Shown here: piece by piece, positions 11,068-20,749 of the stretch
Layout: each line of letters begins with the position of its first letter
Position numbering within the stretch: position 1 is the first letter of the stretch
Source: an uncultured Oscillospiraceae bacterium
GTDB lineage: Bacteria; Bacillota; Clostridia; Oscillospirales; Oscillospiraceae
Assembly: GCA_964617595.1 (NCBI GenBank)
Contig: CAZTYB010000001.1
Span: 1-60,777, forward strand
Direction of reading: 5' to 3'
Length of the DNA: 60,777 nucleotides
The notes under the pieces: generated by a model
Database searches by the model: none
What the model saw: the letters and a program-made list of their open reading frames with translations, nothing else
What the model was told of the DNA's origin: nothing
Position numbers and translations under genes: made by a program

Positions 11068-11862
11068 TTAATGCCCCAGTGCATCCTCCATGGTCTCGAA
11101 TGGGGTGATGCCGATTTGGGCGAGGGTTTCCATGGCGGTGGACATGGCCTCGTCCCAGACCTGGGTGGGGTTGTGGCAATCGGAGCCGACGATGACGGGG
11201 ATCCCGCTGCCCACGGCACGCTCCCAGAATTTCCGGTGGGGGTACATATGGCGCTCGCCGTCGGGATATTCGTGAATCCCCCGGCGGAAGCCGTTGGCAT
11301 TGAATTCCAGTATCACACCGTTACGTGCGGCGGCCTCCAGAATCATATCGGTGGCGGCATCGCAATTCCGATCCCAGGCAAGCTTGCTCATGGCGAAGAT
11401 GTCCGGGTGGGCAACCATCTGGAAATAGCCGGTCTTCAGCGCTTCGGCAATGGCCTTGGCATAGGAAATGTAGATCTCTGTGCTCTGCGCCGGGGCGGTG
11501 ATATTGTGGAACACGCCCCACTCGTCCAGGAAGAAATGCTCCCCCAGCAGGAGATAGTCCGGCTTATAAGTGGAAATCAATTCTTCGTAAAAGGGGAGAT
11601 ACTGGGGCAGGTATTCGATCTCCAGACTTTTCTTCACAATGATCTCGGATGCGTAAGCCTCTTTCAGCCGGTCGACTTCGGAAAAATAGACCGGCAATTC
11701 TTCATAGAGCATCCGGTAGCCGTAATCCTGATCCGGGAATGCGGCATGGTCGGAAAAACCCAGGATGGATACCCCGGCGCTGAGGGCAGAGCGGAGGTAA
11801 TCCTCTGCGCTGCCCTGGGCATGGCGGCAGAGGTCGGTATGGGTATGGTAATTCGTTTTCAT
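11068..11862 (-). CDS. PHP-domain histidinol-phosphatase-family protein
   Basis: NYHTHT..C.HA, GFSDH, AHPD, GSDCH; start MKTNY after AGAAAGGA. Confidence 0.9.
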   Translation of the reverse strand: MKTNYHTHTDLCRHAQGSAEDYLRSALSAGVSILGFSDHAAFPDQDYGYRMLYEELPVYFSEVDRLKEAYASEIIVKKSLEIEYLPQYLPFYEELISTYKPDYLLLGEHFFLDEWGVFHNITAPAQSTEIYISYAKAIAEALKTGYFQMVAHPDIFAMSKLAWDRNCDAATDMILEAAARNGVILEFNANGFRRGIHEYPDGERHMYPHRKFWERAVGSGIPVIVGSDCHNPTQVWDEAMSTAMETLAQIGITPFETMEDALGH

Positions 11863-11888
11863 TTTGGTTCCTTTCTTCCGTAGATCCA

Positions 11889-12054
11889 TTACGAAACAGT
11901 TTACGAAACATTTTCTCTATGAAATTGATTGTACCACGGGATTTGAAAAAATCAAGGAAAATTTTTGTGATTTTGTAAAATTGTGCTTGACAATTCGTGA
12001 ATGCGTTGTTAATATTGCTAGTGAAAGGCGAAACAATTAACGAAGTGTTTCGCA
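11889..12054. promoter_or_regulatory. Divergent promoters with candidate LacI-type operators
   Basis: Plus TTGACA(11987)-17-TAATAT; minus TTGATT-16-TACAAT; CGAAACA half-sites at 11892, 11904 and 12029, the last in the inverted pair GCGAAACA..TGTTTCGC. Confidence 0.6.
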
Positions 12055-12080
12055 ATTTAAAAAACAAGGAGAGAACACCT

Positions 12081-13307
12081 ATGAGCAAGAAGTTTTTCGC
12101 AATGCTGCTGGCTGTCTGCATGACCCTGGGTCTGCTGGCTGCCGCCATCCCGGCCGCAAGTGCCGACACCGTCAGCGCAACTCTGAAGGTCTGGGCACCT
12201 TCCGAGGATCAGAACCCCGAGCTGGGTCAGTGGCTGGTCACCATGTGTGAGCAGTTCAATGAGCTGCATCCCGAATGGGACATCACTTTCGAGTACGGCG
12301 TGTGCACCGAGTCCGATGCCAAGAAGCTGATCCCCCAGGATATCGATGCCGCTGCTGACGTGTTCCTGTTCAGCTCCACCGGTCTTGAGAACCTGTGCCA
12401 GGCCAACTGCCTCGCCGAGTGGGGCGGCAAGTATCTGGATGCCCTGAACGAAAACTATCCCAAGTCCATGGTGGACTGCCTGGTCTATGACGACGGCGTT
12501 TACGGCGTGCCCATGACCACCAACACCTACTTCATGTACTACGACAAGAGCGTATTCACCGAAGAGGATGTTCTCTCTCTGGATACCATGCTGGAGAAGG
12601 GCAAGGTTGCCTTCCCTCTGGCCAACGGCTTCTACAATGCTGCTTTCTATCTGGCCAATGGCTGCACTTTCTTCGGTGAGGACGGAACCGACCGTGAAGC
12701 CGGCATCCAGCTGGGCGGCGAAGCCGGTACCGCTGTGACCGAGTGCCTGGTCGACCTGGTCGCCAACCCCAACTTCATCGTTGCCGAGCCCTCCGATGCC
12801 ATCGCTATGATGCGTGAGGGTAACTGCGATGCTTACGTCTGCGGCACCTGGCAGGCAGCCCAGACCGAGGAAGTCCTGGGCGAGAACTATGGCGTTGCCA
12901 TGCTGCCCAGCGTGATGATCGGCGGCGAGAACCGTCAGCTGCGCCCCTTCACCTCCGCCAAGGCCATCGGCGTTAAGTCCACCACCGCTTACCCCGAGAT
13001 CGCTCTGAACCTGGCGCTGTACCTGGGCGGCTACGAGGGACAGAAGTCCCACTACGAGCTGCGTGGCTACATCCCCTGCCAGAATGATCTGATCGCCGAA
13101 GTGCAGGACGATCTGGTTTGCCGTGTTGACTCCCAGACCATCTCCGAGATCGCCGTCCCCCGTGGCAGCTTCACCGAGTTTTCCTACTTCTGGACTCCTG
13201 CTGAGAGCATGGGCTACGAGATCCGTGACGGCGTTGTCACCCACGAGAATGCCGCCGAGAAGACCGAGGCTCTGAACCTGGCCGTCAATTCCTCCGGCCT
13301 GGAGTAA
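12081..13307 (+). CDS. Sugar ABC transporter substrate-binding protein (maltodextrin/galacto-oligosaccharide type)
   Basis: Signal peptide; AADVF, YGVP..MYYDKS; RBS AAGGAG; strongly biased codon usage. Confidence 0.88.
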   Translation: MSKKFFAMLLAVCMTLGLLAAAIPAASADTVSATLKVWAPSEDQNPELGQWLVTMCEQFNELHPEWDITFEYGVCTESDAKKLIPQDIDAAADVFLFSSTGLENLCQANCLAEWGGKYLDALNENYPKSMVDCLVYDDGVYGVPMTTNTYFMYYDKSVFTEEDVLSLDTMLEKGKVAFPLANGFYNAAFYLANGCTFFGEDGTDREAGIQLGGEAGTAVTECLVDLVANPNFIVAEPSDAIAMMREGNCDAYVCGTWQAAQTEEVLGENYGVAMLPSVMIGGENRQLRPFTSAKAIGVKSTTAYPEIALNLALYLGGYEGQKSHYELRGYIPCQNDLIAEVQDDLVCRVDSQTISEIAVPRGSFTEFSYFWTPAESMGYEIRDGVVTHENAAEKTEALNLAVNSSGLE

Positions 13308-13329
13308 TCCCAAAGCAAGGTGCTGAGAG

Positions 13330-14697
13330 ATGTTAAAAGCAAAGGCGGGCGCACCCGCATCCGAGATTAACGTTCCCAGTGCCCTGAAAAATGGTTCTTT
13401 CATGGTGACCCTGTCCGCAGTGATCTGCGGATGGGGTTGCCTCATAAGGGGCCAGATCATCAAGGGGCTGCTGTATCTGGGCGCTGAGATCGCCATTATT
13501 TATTACATGATCAACTCCGGCTTCTACAATCTGGGCAAGTTGGTCACTTTGGGCGATGTGGCGCAGCAGAAAGTTTGGAACGAAGAAAAGAGTTTCTACG
13601 AATATGTGGACGGCGATCGGTCGCTGGTCATCTTACTTTACGGGATCGTGACCATTCTGGTTCTGGTCTGCGCCGTGCTGCTGATCCGCCTCTCCCTCAA
13701 GAGCGCATACAAGGCGGAGCTGTGCCACAAGCGGGGGAAGAAAGTTCCCTCTTTCCGGGATGATATTTCCGAACTGTTTGACAATCGGCTGCATACCACC
13801 CTGCTGAGCCTGCCGATTCTGGGTGTGCTGGCGTTCACCATTTTGCCCCTGCTATTTATGGCCAGCATGGCATTCACCAATTACAGCGTGCTGGATAATA
13901 AATTGGTGCTGTTCGACTGGGTGGGGCTGAATAATTTTAAGCGCCTGTTCAATATGAGCAGCACCCTGGGTCAGACTTTCCGCTCCGTGCTGGGGTGGAC
14001 ACTGTGCTGGGCGACCATCGCAACCGTGTCCAATTACCTGCTGGGGATGCTGCTGGCGCTGTTCATCAACTGGAAAGAGATCCGGGCGAAGAAATTCTGG
14101 CGCTTCTGCTTCGTGCTGACCGTGGCCGTGCCCCATTTCGTCACATTGATGATCATTCGCCAGATGCTCCAGCCCAATGGCGCAGTGAATGTGCTGCTGA
14201 AGCAGCTGGGATGGATCGAGACTTCCCTGCCTTTCTTCACGGATACCACCTGGGCACGGGTGACCGTCATCCTCATCAATATCTGGGTGAGTGTTCCGTA
14301 TGTGCTGCTGCAAATCACCGGCATCTTGCAGAGCATTCCCCAGGAACTCTACGAATCCGCCCGGGTGGATGGAGCCAATCCTGTGGTCACTTTCTTCAAG
14401 ATCACGCTGCCGTATATGCTCTTCGTCACCACGCCCTACCTGATCACCTCTTTCATGGGGAATATCAATAATTTCAATACGATCTTCCTCACCTCCAAGG
14501 GTCTTCCCCGGGCAGTGGAATCCACCGCCGGCGATACCGATTTGCTCATCACCTGGCTGTACAAACTGACCATTGATAACCAGTATTTCGACGTGGGTGC
14601 CGTGATCGGCATTATCACATTCCTGACACTGAGCGTTGTGTCCCTGCTGACTTTCCGCTACAGTGGCTCCTATAAGAACGAGGAGGGATTCCGTTGA
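13330..14697 (+). CDS. Sugar ABC transporter permease (MalF/GanP-like)
   Basis: AFTNY, EAA-loop LYESARVDGA, ITLP, NINNFN, TDLLITWLYKLT. Confidence 0.92.
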   Translation: MLKAKAGAPASEINVPSALKNGSFMVTLSAVICGWGCLIRGQIIKGLLYLGAEIAIIYYMINSGFYNLGKLVTLGDVAQQKVWNEEKSFYEYVDGDRSLVILLYGIVTILVLVCAVLLIRLSLKSAYKAELCHKRGKKVPSFRDDISELFDNRLHTTLLSLPILGVLAFTILPLLFMASMAFTNYSVLDNKLVLFDWVGLNNFKRLFNMSSTLGQTFRSVLGWTLCWATIATVSNYLLGMLLALFINWKEIRAKKFWRFCFVLTVAVPHFVTLMIIRQMLQPNGAVNVLLKQLGWIETSLPFFTDTTWARVTVILINIWVSVPYVLLQITGILQSIPQELYESARVDGANPVVTFFKITLPYMLFVTTPYLITSFMGNINNFNTIFLTSKGLPRAVESTAGDTDLLITWLYKLTIDNQYFDVGAVIGIITFLTLSVVSLLTFRYSGSYKNEEGFR

Positions 14698-15572
14698 GCG
14701 CCAATTTGAATCAGAAACCGAAAAAGACCCTGGGCAAGCGGGTGCGCATCGGCTTCGCCCACTGCGTTCTGGCGGTGCTGGCATTTATCTGGCTGATCCC
14801 AATTTTCTGGGTGGTACTGACCAGCTTCCGGGGAACCCAGGGCTCCTACAGCTCCACGTTCTTCCCCTCTTCTTATTCGCTGAAAAACTATGTCAAGCTT
14901 TTTACGGATTTCTCTGTTTTTAATTTCCCCCAGATGATGCTCAATACCCTCATCGTGGCGGTGGCCAACTGTTTGCTCTCCACTTTCTTTGTGGTGAGTG
15001 TGGCCTATACCCTGTCCCGGCTGCGTTTCCGCTCCCGGAAGAAGCTGATGAGCATGGCCATGATCGTTACCCTCTTCCCCGGGTTCATGTCCATGATCGC
15101 CAACTATTATATCTTCAAGATGCTGGGTTGGACCAACGGCCCCATGCTCCGGGTGGCAATGATCGCCGTCTATGCCGGCGGTGCGGGACTGGGCTACCAT
15201 ATTGCAAAGGGGTTCTTCGATACCATCCCCATTGCCCTGGATGAGGCCGCCATGCTGGACGGCGCAACCAAATGGCAGGTATTGCAGCATATCATCATGC
15301 CTCTGAGCAAGCCCATCATCGTCTATACCCTGCTGACCTCTTTCGCAGGCCCATTCAAGGATTTCATGCTTGCGAAAGTTCTCTGCGGCCCCAATAAGGA
15401 TTACTTCACCGTGGCCGTAGGTATGTACCAGATGCTGGAGCAGGAGTATATCGACCAGTGGTTCTGCCCCTTTGCGGCGGCCGCCGTCATCATCTCCATC
15501 CCCATTGCGGCGCTGTTCCTGGCAACCCAGAAATATTATTCCGTGGGTGTCAACGGCGCAGTAAAAGGCTAA
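14694..15572 (+). CDS. Sugar ABC transporter permease (MalG/GanQ-like)
   Basis: KGFFDTIP.ALDEAA.LDGA EAA loop; ends GAVKG. Confidence 0.92.
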   Translation: MSANLNQKPKKTLGKRVRIGFAHCVLAVLAFIWLIPIFWVVLTSFRGTQGSYSSTFFPSSYSLKNYVKLFTDFSVFNFPQMMLNTLIVAVANCLLSTFFVVSVAYTLSRLRFRSRKKLMSMAMIVTLFPGFMSMIANYYIFKMLGWTNGPMLRVAMIAVYAGGAGLGYHIAKGFFDTIPIALDEAAMLDGATKWQVLQHIIMPLSKPIIVYTLLTSFAGPFKDFMLAKVLCGPNKDYFTVAVGMYQMLEQEYIDQWFCPFAAAAVIISIPIAALFLATQKYYSVGVNGAVKG

Positions 15573-15589
15573 ATTCTCGACACTTTAAC

Positions 15590-15632
15590 AAAAAACCTGC
15601 TTTCCGTGGTTCTCACGGAAAGCAGGTTTTTT
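15590..15632. terminator. Bidirectional intrinsic terminator
   Basis: AAAAAACCTGCTTTCCGTG..CACGGAAAGCAGGTTTTTT between convergent genes. Confidence 0.85.
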
Positions 15633-16320
15633 AGCGGCGATTTTGTTGGAGGAATGGGATCACGTCTGCCAGGGAATCAAATTGGCCGAAAGCAAGATCC
15701 AATATTTTTTCATCCGGCTGATCCAGGTCGGGGACAATGGATGCCATGCAACCCGCCCGGTGGGCAGAGAGCAGACCCGTGTAGCTATCCTCCAGCGCAA
15801 GGCAATTTTCCGGCGGGATGCCGATGGTCTCAGCTCCGAAGAGGTAGATGTCCGGTTCCGGTTTACCCTGGGGCACCTGCTTTGCGGAGCAGATATGGTC
15901 GAACCGGTGATACAGCCCCAAGCGCCCCAGGTGATCCTGAATGCGGTCGGTGGGGGAGGCGGTGGTGATGGCGTAGGGGATGCCCATTTTCTGCAAGCAG
16001 TCCAGCAATTCATAAACGCCCGGCTTCGCCTCGATGCCCTTCTCCGCTACGTATGCATCCATTCGCTCAATGCGCTTGGCTCGGACGGCATCGTAGCGGA
16101 TTTCCTCCCCAAAGAGGCTGCTCAGGTACGCCTGCCCCGCCTGAGCATTCAGGCTGCGCATCCCCAGCGCCTGCTGATGGGTCATGGGGTAGCCGAAGAA
16201 AGCGCACCCCTCCGCCCAGAATCGGGCGTAGAGTTTCTCGGAGTCCAGAATGACCCCGTCCATATCGAACAGCACACCCTGGACAATTTTGCCAGTGGGG
16301 TGGAGGATTTGATAAGCCAA
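15631..16320 (-). CDS. HAD-family phosphatase (beta-phosphoglucomutase-like)
   Basis: FDMDGVILDSE, GKPEPDIY, LEDS; probable TTG start after AGAAAGGA. Confidence 0.88.
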   Translation of the reverse strand: MAYQILHPTGKIVQGVLFDMDGVILDSEKLYARFWAEGCAFFGYPMTHQQALGMRSLNAQAGQAYLSSLFGEEIRYDAVRAKRIERMDAYVAEKGIEAKPGVYELLDCLQKMGIPYAITTASPTDRIQDHLGRLGLYHRFDHICSAKQVPQGKPEPDIYLFGAETIGIPPENCLALEDSYTGLLSAHRAGCMASIVPDLDQPDEKILDLAFGQFDSLADVIPFLQQNRR

Positions 16321-16336
16321 ATCGGCACATCCTTTC

Positions 16337-17962
16337 TCAAATGGTTTCGCTGCGGGGAAGAACGGAAGCTTCAGCGATGTTGATGGAGTGGCCGCCCACA
16401 CGGTTCAGGCTGATGAGGATTTCGTTGAACATGATGCCCGCTTCGGCGGAGCATTCCCCGGCTCTCAGGCGATCCATATGGTTCTGCTGCGCCTGCTTCA
16501 CCAGTTTCCGGTTGTCCCGCTCCATTTTCGCCAGATGCTTCAGTGCATCGATGCCCAGATCCTGGCTATGGAAGCGGGCGGTGGCATCGCCGTAGAGGGA
16601 CATGACATTGTTGTACAGCTGCTCCACTTCACTACGGGCACCGGCGGAGTAGGCGAGATTCTTCTCCGTGCACCGCTCGCTGATGTGCAGCAGATGCTCG
16701 GCATAGTCGCCGATGCGCTCCATATCGCTGAGCACCTGGAAGACACGGTTGACGTATTTTGCCTCCGTGGTGGACAATTCCTGAACATTGAATTTCACAA
16801 GATAGTCGCTGATGGCATCGGTGAGGTAGTCGATCACCGTCTCGTTCTCGGCGATCTCCTGTGCGTGCCGGGGCTCCCCGGCGAAGATGCCATCCATGGC
16901 GAAGCGCATATTCTCCTGAACCAGGGCGCTCATCCGGTCAACTTCGCTGCGGATCTGAAGCAGGGAGACACTGGGGTTGCCCACCAGATTCACGTCGATG
17001 TATTCCAGCCGTGCGGCATCCTCGTGCTTCTGCTTGGGGACGAGTTTATAGGTCAACTTGACAACCAGATTGGTGCATGGCAGCAGTAGCCCAGCTGCAA
17101 CCAGCTTAAACAGAATGTGGATCACGGATACCTGGAACATGGGGTCGGGGATCAGCTGCTCCACCAGCTGGGTATAGGGGAAGAGCATGGTCACCGCCGT
17201 CATAATGACTGCACCCACCACGTTATAGATCAGGTAGATCATGGCCGCCCGCTTGGCGTTATTCCGGGCGCTCATGGAGGCCAGAATGGTGGGCATGGCG
17301 GAGCCGATATTGATGCCGCAAATGAGGTAGGATGCAAAGTGCAGCGGCATCAGCCCCTGCATGGCCAGCGCCTGCAAGATACCCACGGCAGCGGAGCTGG
17401 ACTGGATCACGGCGCAAAGCAGTGCACCGACGAGAATGCCCAGAATGGGGTTCTTGGCATTCATGATGAAATCCTGGAACCAGACGACTTCGCCCAGGGG
17501 CTTCATGGCGGAGCTCATGGTGTGCAGCCCCTGGAACAGCAGGCCGAAGCCCAGGATGACCTGTCCCACGTGCTTGACTTTCGCTTTCTTGGAGTAGAGC
17601 ATCATGAATGCGCCCACGCAGATGCAGAAAGGCGAAATGGCCGATACGTCCAATGCAATCAGGACACTGGTGATGGTGGTGCCGATGTTTGCACCGAAGA
17701 TGACCCCGGTGGCCTGCGCCAGATCCATGATCCCGGCGTTGATGAAGCCCATGACCATCACGGTGGTGGCGGAGGACGACTGAATCACCACGGTGACAAA
17801 AGTACCCAGCAGGAATCCAAGGATACGGTTCCGGGTGAGCTTCTCCAGCAGGTCTTTCATCTTGGAACCGGCGGCCAGTTCCAGTCCGTCGCCCATGTAC
17901 TTCATTCCGAACAGGAATGCGCCCAGCCCGCCGAGCAACTCCACAATGTTGGCAAAGGTCAT
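16337..17962 (-). CDS. Na/Pi cotransporter with PhoU-like C-terminus
   Basis: Two QSSSA motifs, GANIGTT, SDMERIGD. Confidence 0.93.
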   Translation of the reverse strand: MTFANIVELLGGLGAFLFGMKYMGDGLELAAGSKMKDLLEKLTRNRILGFLLGTFVTVVIQSSSATTVMVMGFINAGIMDLAQATGVIFGANIGTTITSVLIALDVSAISPFCICVGAFMMLYSKKAKVKHVGQVILGFGLLFQGLHTMSSAMKPLGEVVWFQDFIMNAKNPILGILVGALLCAVIQSSSAAVGILQALAMQGLMPLHFASYLICGINIGSAMPTILASMSARNNAKRAAMIYLIYNVVGAVIMTAVTMLFPYTQLVEQLIPDPMFQVSVIHILFKLVAAGLLLPCTNLVVKLTYKLVPKQKHEDAARLEYIDVNLVGNPSVSLLQIRSEVDRMSALVQENMRFAMDGIFAGEPRHAQEIAENETVIDYLTDAISDYLVKFNVQELSTTEAKYVNRVFQVLSDMERIGDYAEHLLHISERCTEKNLAYSAGARSEVEQLYNNVMSLYGDATARFHSQDLGIDALKHLAKMERDNRKLVKQAQQNHMDRLRAGECSAEAGIMFNEILISLNRVGGHSINIAEASVLPRSETI

Positions 17963-18153
17963 GCTAATCCCTCCAAAGTAGGTTCGTGCAATCTTTTAAT
18001 TTTTGTTTTTTTGCCGCAGTGCGGCACCGGGCGGCGCCACGGGACGTTCAAATCCCCAAACCCGCCCATGATACATTAAGTATAACAGCCCCCGTGGCGC
18101 ATTGCAATGCATTTTTTTGCTGCTGCCTCCCAATTTTTGTGCCAACCGGGGGA

Positions 18154-18182
18154 TTGCATTTTGGGGAATATGCAGATATAAT
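18154..18182 (+). promoter_or_regulatory. sigma70 promoter for the MalY/PatB gene
   Basis: TTGCAT-17-TATAAT. Confidence 0.7.
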
Positions 18183-18191
18183 GGGGGTATC

Positions 18192-18488
18192 GTAGCCCCC
18201 GGCAGGAGGCAGCCTTTTGCCTCTCCCAAAGGGTAATGTCGTCAACCTAAGGTTCGATACGGTAGCACCCCTTGTCCCCCTCTTTGAGGGGGATGTCATG
18301 CGAACAGCATGACAGGGGGAGTGTCGTTGGTATTTTTGAACTGTTACGGACACTCCCTCAGTCAAAATCGGTTCCGAAGAGCCGATTTTGACAGCTCCCT
18401 CTGAGAGGGAGCCAAGGGCTCTATCTCATTCCCTTTTACCATTCATTATAGGACACCTCTCCCAGAAAGAGAGGCAAGGGGTCGCTAC
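18192..18488 (+). repeat. Nested REP/MITE-like composite element, copy 2
   Basis: GTAG...CTAC ends; one arm TAATGTCGTCAACCTAAG (18234-18251); same core as 48044-48230; pyrimidine-rich tail. Confidence 0.88.
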
Positions 18489-18512
18489 TACATCATCAGG
18501 AGGTCAACTGCC

Positions 18513-19721
18513 ATGAAATATGATTTTACATCCATTTTGCAGCGCCATGATCTGGATGCCATCGCCGTGGATGCCCCCGGCAACACCACCCTCAGCCCCG
18601 CCGGCCCCACGAAAGAGGGGTTCGACCTGATCCCCATGTGGGTGGCGGATATGAATTTCCCCACCGTCCCCACCGTGCCCCAGGCCATCATCCGCCGGGC
18701 AGAGCACCCGGCTTACGGCTATTTTGAGCCGAGGAAAGAATATTTCGATTCCATTCTCCGCTGGCATAAAACCCATCATGACGTGACCTTGACCCCGGAG
18801 GATATCAGCTATGCCAACGGCGTGCTGGGTGGAGTCATCAGTGCACTGAACGTGCTCTGCTCCCGGGGGGACAATGTGCTGGTGCATTCGCCCACCTATA
18901 TCGGCTTCACCCACGCCCTGGGCAGCAACGGATATAATATTGTCCACTCCCCGCTGTATCAGGATGAAGAGAATATCTGGCGCATGGATTACGAAGATAT
19001 GGAGCGGAAGATCCGGGAAAATAGAATCCACGCTGCCATCCTTTGCTCCCCCCACAATCCCTGTGGCCGGGTCTGGGAGCGCTGGGAACTGGAAAAGGCA
19101 ATGGAACTGTTCCGCAAATACGATGTTTACGTCATTTCCGACGAAATTTGGTCCGATCTGATCCTGCCCGGTTTCAAGCATATCCCCACCCAGACCATCA
19201 GCGACGATGCCAGAATGCGCACCGTTGCCATGTATGCCCCCAGCAAGACGTTCAATCTGGCGGGATTGATCGGCAGCTACAGCGTGATCTACAATTCCTG
19301 GCTCCGGGATCGGGTGCAGAAAGAGGCGGAGCTCTGCCATTATAATGCCCAAAATGTGCTGAGTATGTACGGCCTGATCGGTGCTTATCAGGACGAGGGA
19401 TACCAGTGGCTTACGGAGCTGCGCCAGGTGCTGAGCGGGAATATCAACTATGCCTGTGACTTCATTGAGGCGCATTTCCCGGGCGTGACGTTCAGCCGCC
19501 CCCAGGGAACCTATATGCTCTTCATCGACTGTACCCAGTGGTGCTGCCAACATAACCAAACCCTGGACGATGTACTGAAAAAGGCATGGGACGTGGGCGT
19601 TGCTTTCCAGGATGGGCGGCCTTTCCACGGCAATTGCCACATCCGCATCAATCTGGCACTCCCCCTGAGCCGGGTGCAGGAGGCGTTCCACCGGCTGGAA
19701 AAATATGTTTTTGTGGACTGA
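18513..19721 (+). CDS. MalY/PatB-family PLP-dependent C-S lyase (cystathionine beta-lyase-like)
   Basis: PMWVADMNF, CSPHNPCGRVW, ISDEIW, APSKTFNLAG, RINLA. Confidence 0.9.
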   Translation: MKYDFTSILQRHDLDAIAVDAPGNTTLSPAGPTKEGFDLIPMWVADMNFPTVPTVPQAIIRRAEHPAYGYFEPRKEYFDSILRWHKTHHDVTLTPEDISYANGVLGGVISALNVLCSRGDNVLVHSPTYIGFTHALGSNGYNIVHSPLYQDEENIWRMDYEDMERKIRENRIHAAILCSPHNPCGRVWERWELEKAMELFRKYDVYVISDEIWSDLILPGFKHIPTQTISDDARMRTVAMYAPSKTFNLAGLIGSYSVIYNSWLRDRVQKEAELCHYNAQNVLSMYGLIGAYQDEGYQWLTELRQVLSGNINYACDFIEAHFPGVTFSRPQGTYMLFIDCTQWCCQHNQTLDDVLKKAWDVGVAFQDGRPFHGNCHIRINLALPLSRVQEAFHRLEKYVFVD

Positions 19722-19757
19722 ACGGGAAATATCCTTGAGAATGGAGAAAAGTGAGCC

Positions 19758-20411
19758 ATGGAAAAAAAGCAGGGGCAATCCAATCTGGAATATGCCTATC
19801 ACTATCTGAGGGAGCAGATCATCAACGCATCCCTGCCGGAGGGGTATATCTTTACGGAGGTCGAGCTTGCGGAGAAGCTGGGAATGAGCCGAACTCCCGC
19901 CCGTGAAGCAATCCGGATGCTGAAAGCGGAGGAACTGCTGATCCAGATCCCGCAAAAGGGGGTTATGTGCCGGACACTGAGCATCAAGGATATAAAATGT
20001 GTCTACGAGACAGCGGAAGCTCTGGAGGGAATGATGGCCTATACCGTGGCCGTTTTCAAAACCGAGGCGGAGATCCGCCCCATTCACGATGCGGTGGAGC
20101 GGATGGAGGTGGCTTTTGCCAATATGGATCGGGATGCCTGGGGACAGGCGGATCAACAATTTCACACTGGGCTGAAAGCGCTGTGCGGCAATCCTTTTTT
20201 GCAGGAAGCGATGGAGAAACTGGACGTATACATCAATATGATCCGGCAAAAATATACGCTGCACAGTGAGGATTCTCTGCGTAGCTCCACCACGCAGCAT
20301 CGGGAGGCCTACGAGGCGATCCTGAATCACGATGCCGACTATGCCCGTGTGATTGTCCAGCATCACTGGGCAGCCGTCCGCCGTTATATTTCCGCTCAAA
20401 TCAAAGTCTAA
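19758..20411 (+). CDS. GntR-family (FadR/FCD) regulator
   Basis: ELAEKLGMSRTPAREA wHTH; FCD domain D..FH..L....GN. Confidence 0.9.
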   Translation: MEKKQGQSNLEYAYHYLREQIINASLPEGYIFTEVELAEKLGMSRTPAREAIRMLKAEELLIQIPQKGVMCRTLSIKDIKCVYETAEALEGMMAYTVAVFKTEAEIRPIHDAVERMEVAFANMDRDAWGQADQQFHTGLKALCGNPFLQEAMEKLDVYINMIRQKYTLHSEDSLRSSTTQHREAYEAILNHDADYARVIVQHHWAAVRRYISAQIKV

Positions 20412-20419
20412 AAAAATTC

Positions 20420-20448
20420 TTGACAAAAAGACATTTGTGCGTTAGTAT
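20420..20448 (+). promoter_or_regulatory. Promoter of the metNIQ leader
   Basis: TTGACA-17-TAGTAT. Confidence 0.7.
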
Positions 20449-20461
20449 AGCACCATTCAGA

Positions 20462-20720
20462 CAAGGCAGTGAAGGGAAGAGTAAGCCCGCCGATGCCGTT
20501 CAGAGAGCCCCGGTTGGTGCAAAGGGGTACGGATAAGCCAGCTGAACATGGTCCCGGAGCCGCATGGGTGAGATTTAGCCCATGACGGGTGCGCCCGTTA
20601 AAGCGCAGGAGTATGGTGGTACTCCCAGAGGCGGTCTCCCGTGAGAGAGCCGCAAAACAAGGTGGTAACACGGATTTGCAGTCCGTCCTTGTGCACGATG
20701 CATGAGGACGGGCTTTTTCG
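20462..20720 (+). ncRNA. T-box riboswitch, Met specifier
   Basis: AGTA, AGAGAG, GGTGCAA; specifier GAAC-ATG-G-TCCC (ATG 20548-20550); T-box AACAAGGTGGTAACACG (20656-20672); terminator ending GGACGGGCTTTTT. Confidence 0.93.
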
Positions 20721-20749
20721 TTGTGTAATATATTTTAGGAGTGATATTT

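Noticed and set aside
18504..20426. 640-aa minus-strand ORF
   Set aside because: Antisense shadow of the MalY/PatB and GntR genes, typical of high-GC codon bias; no motifs.
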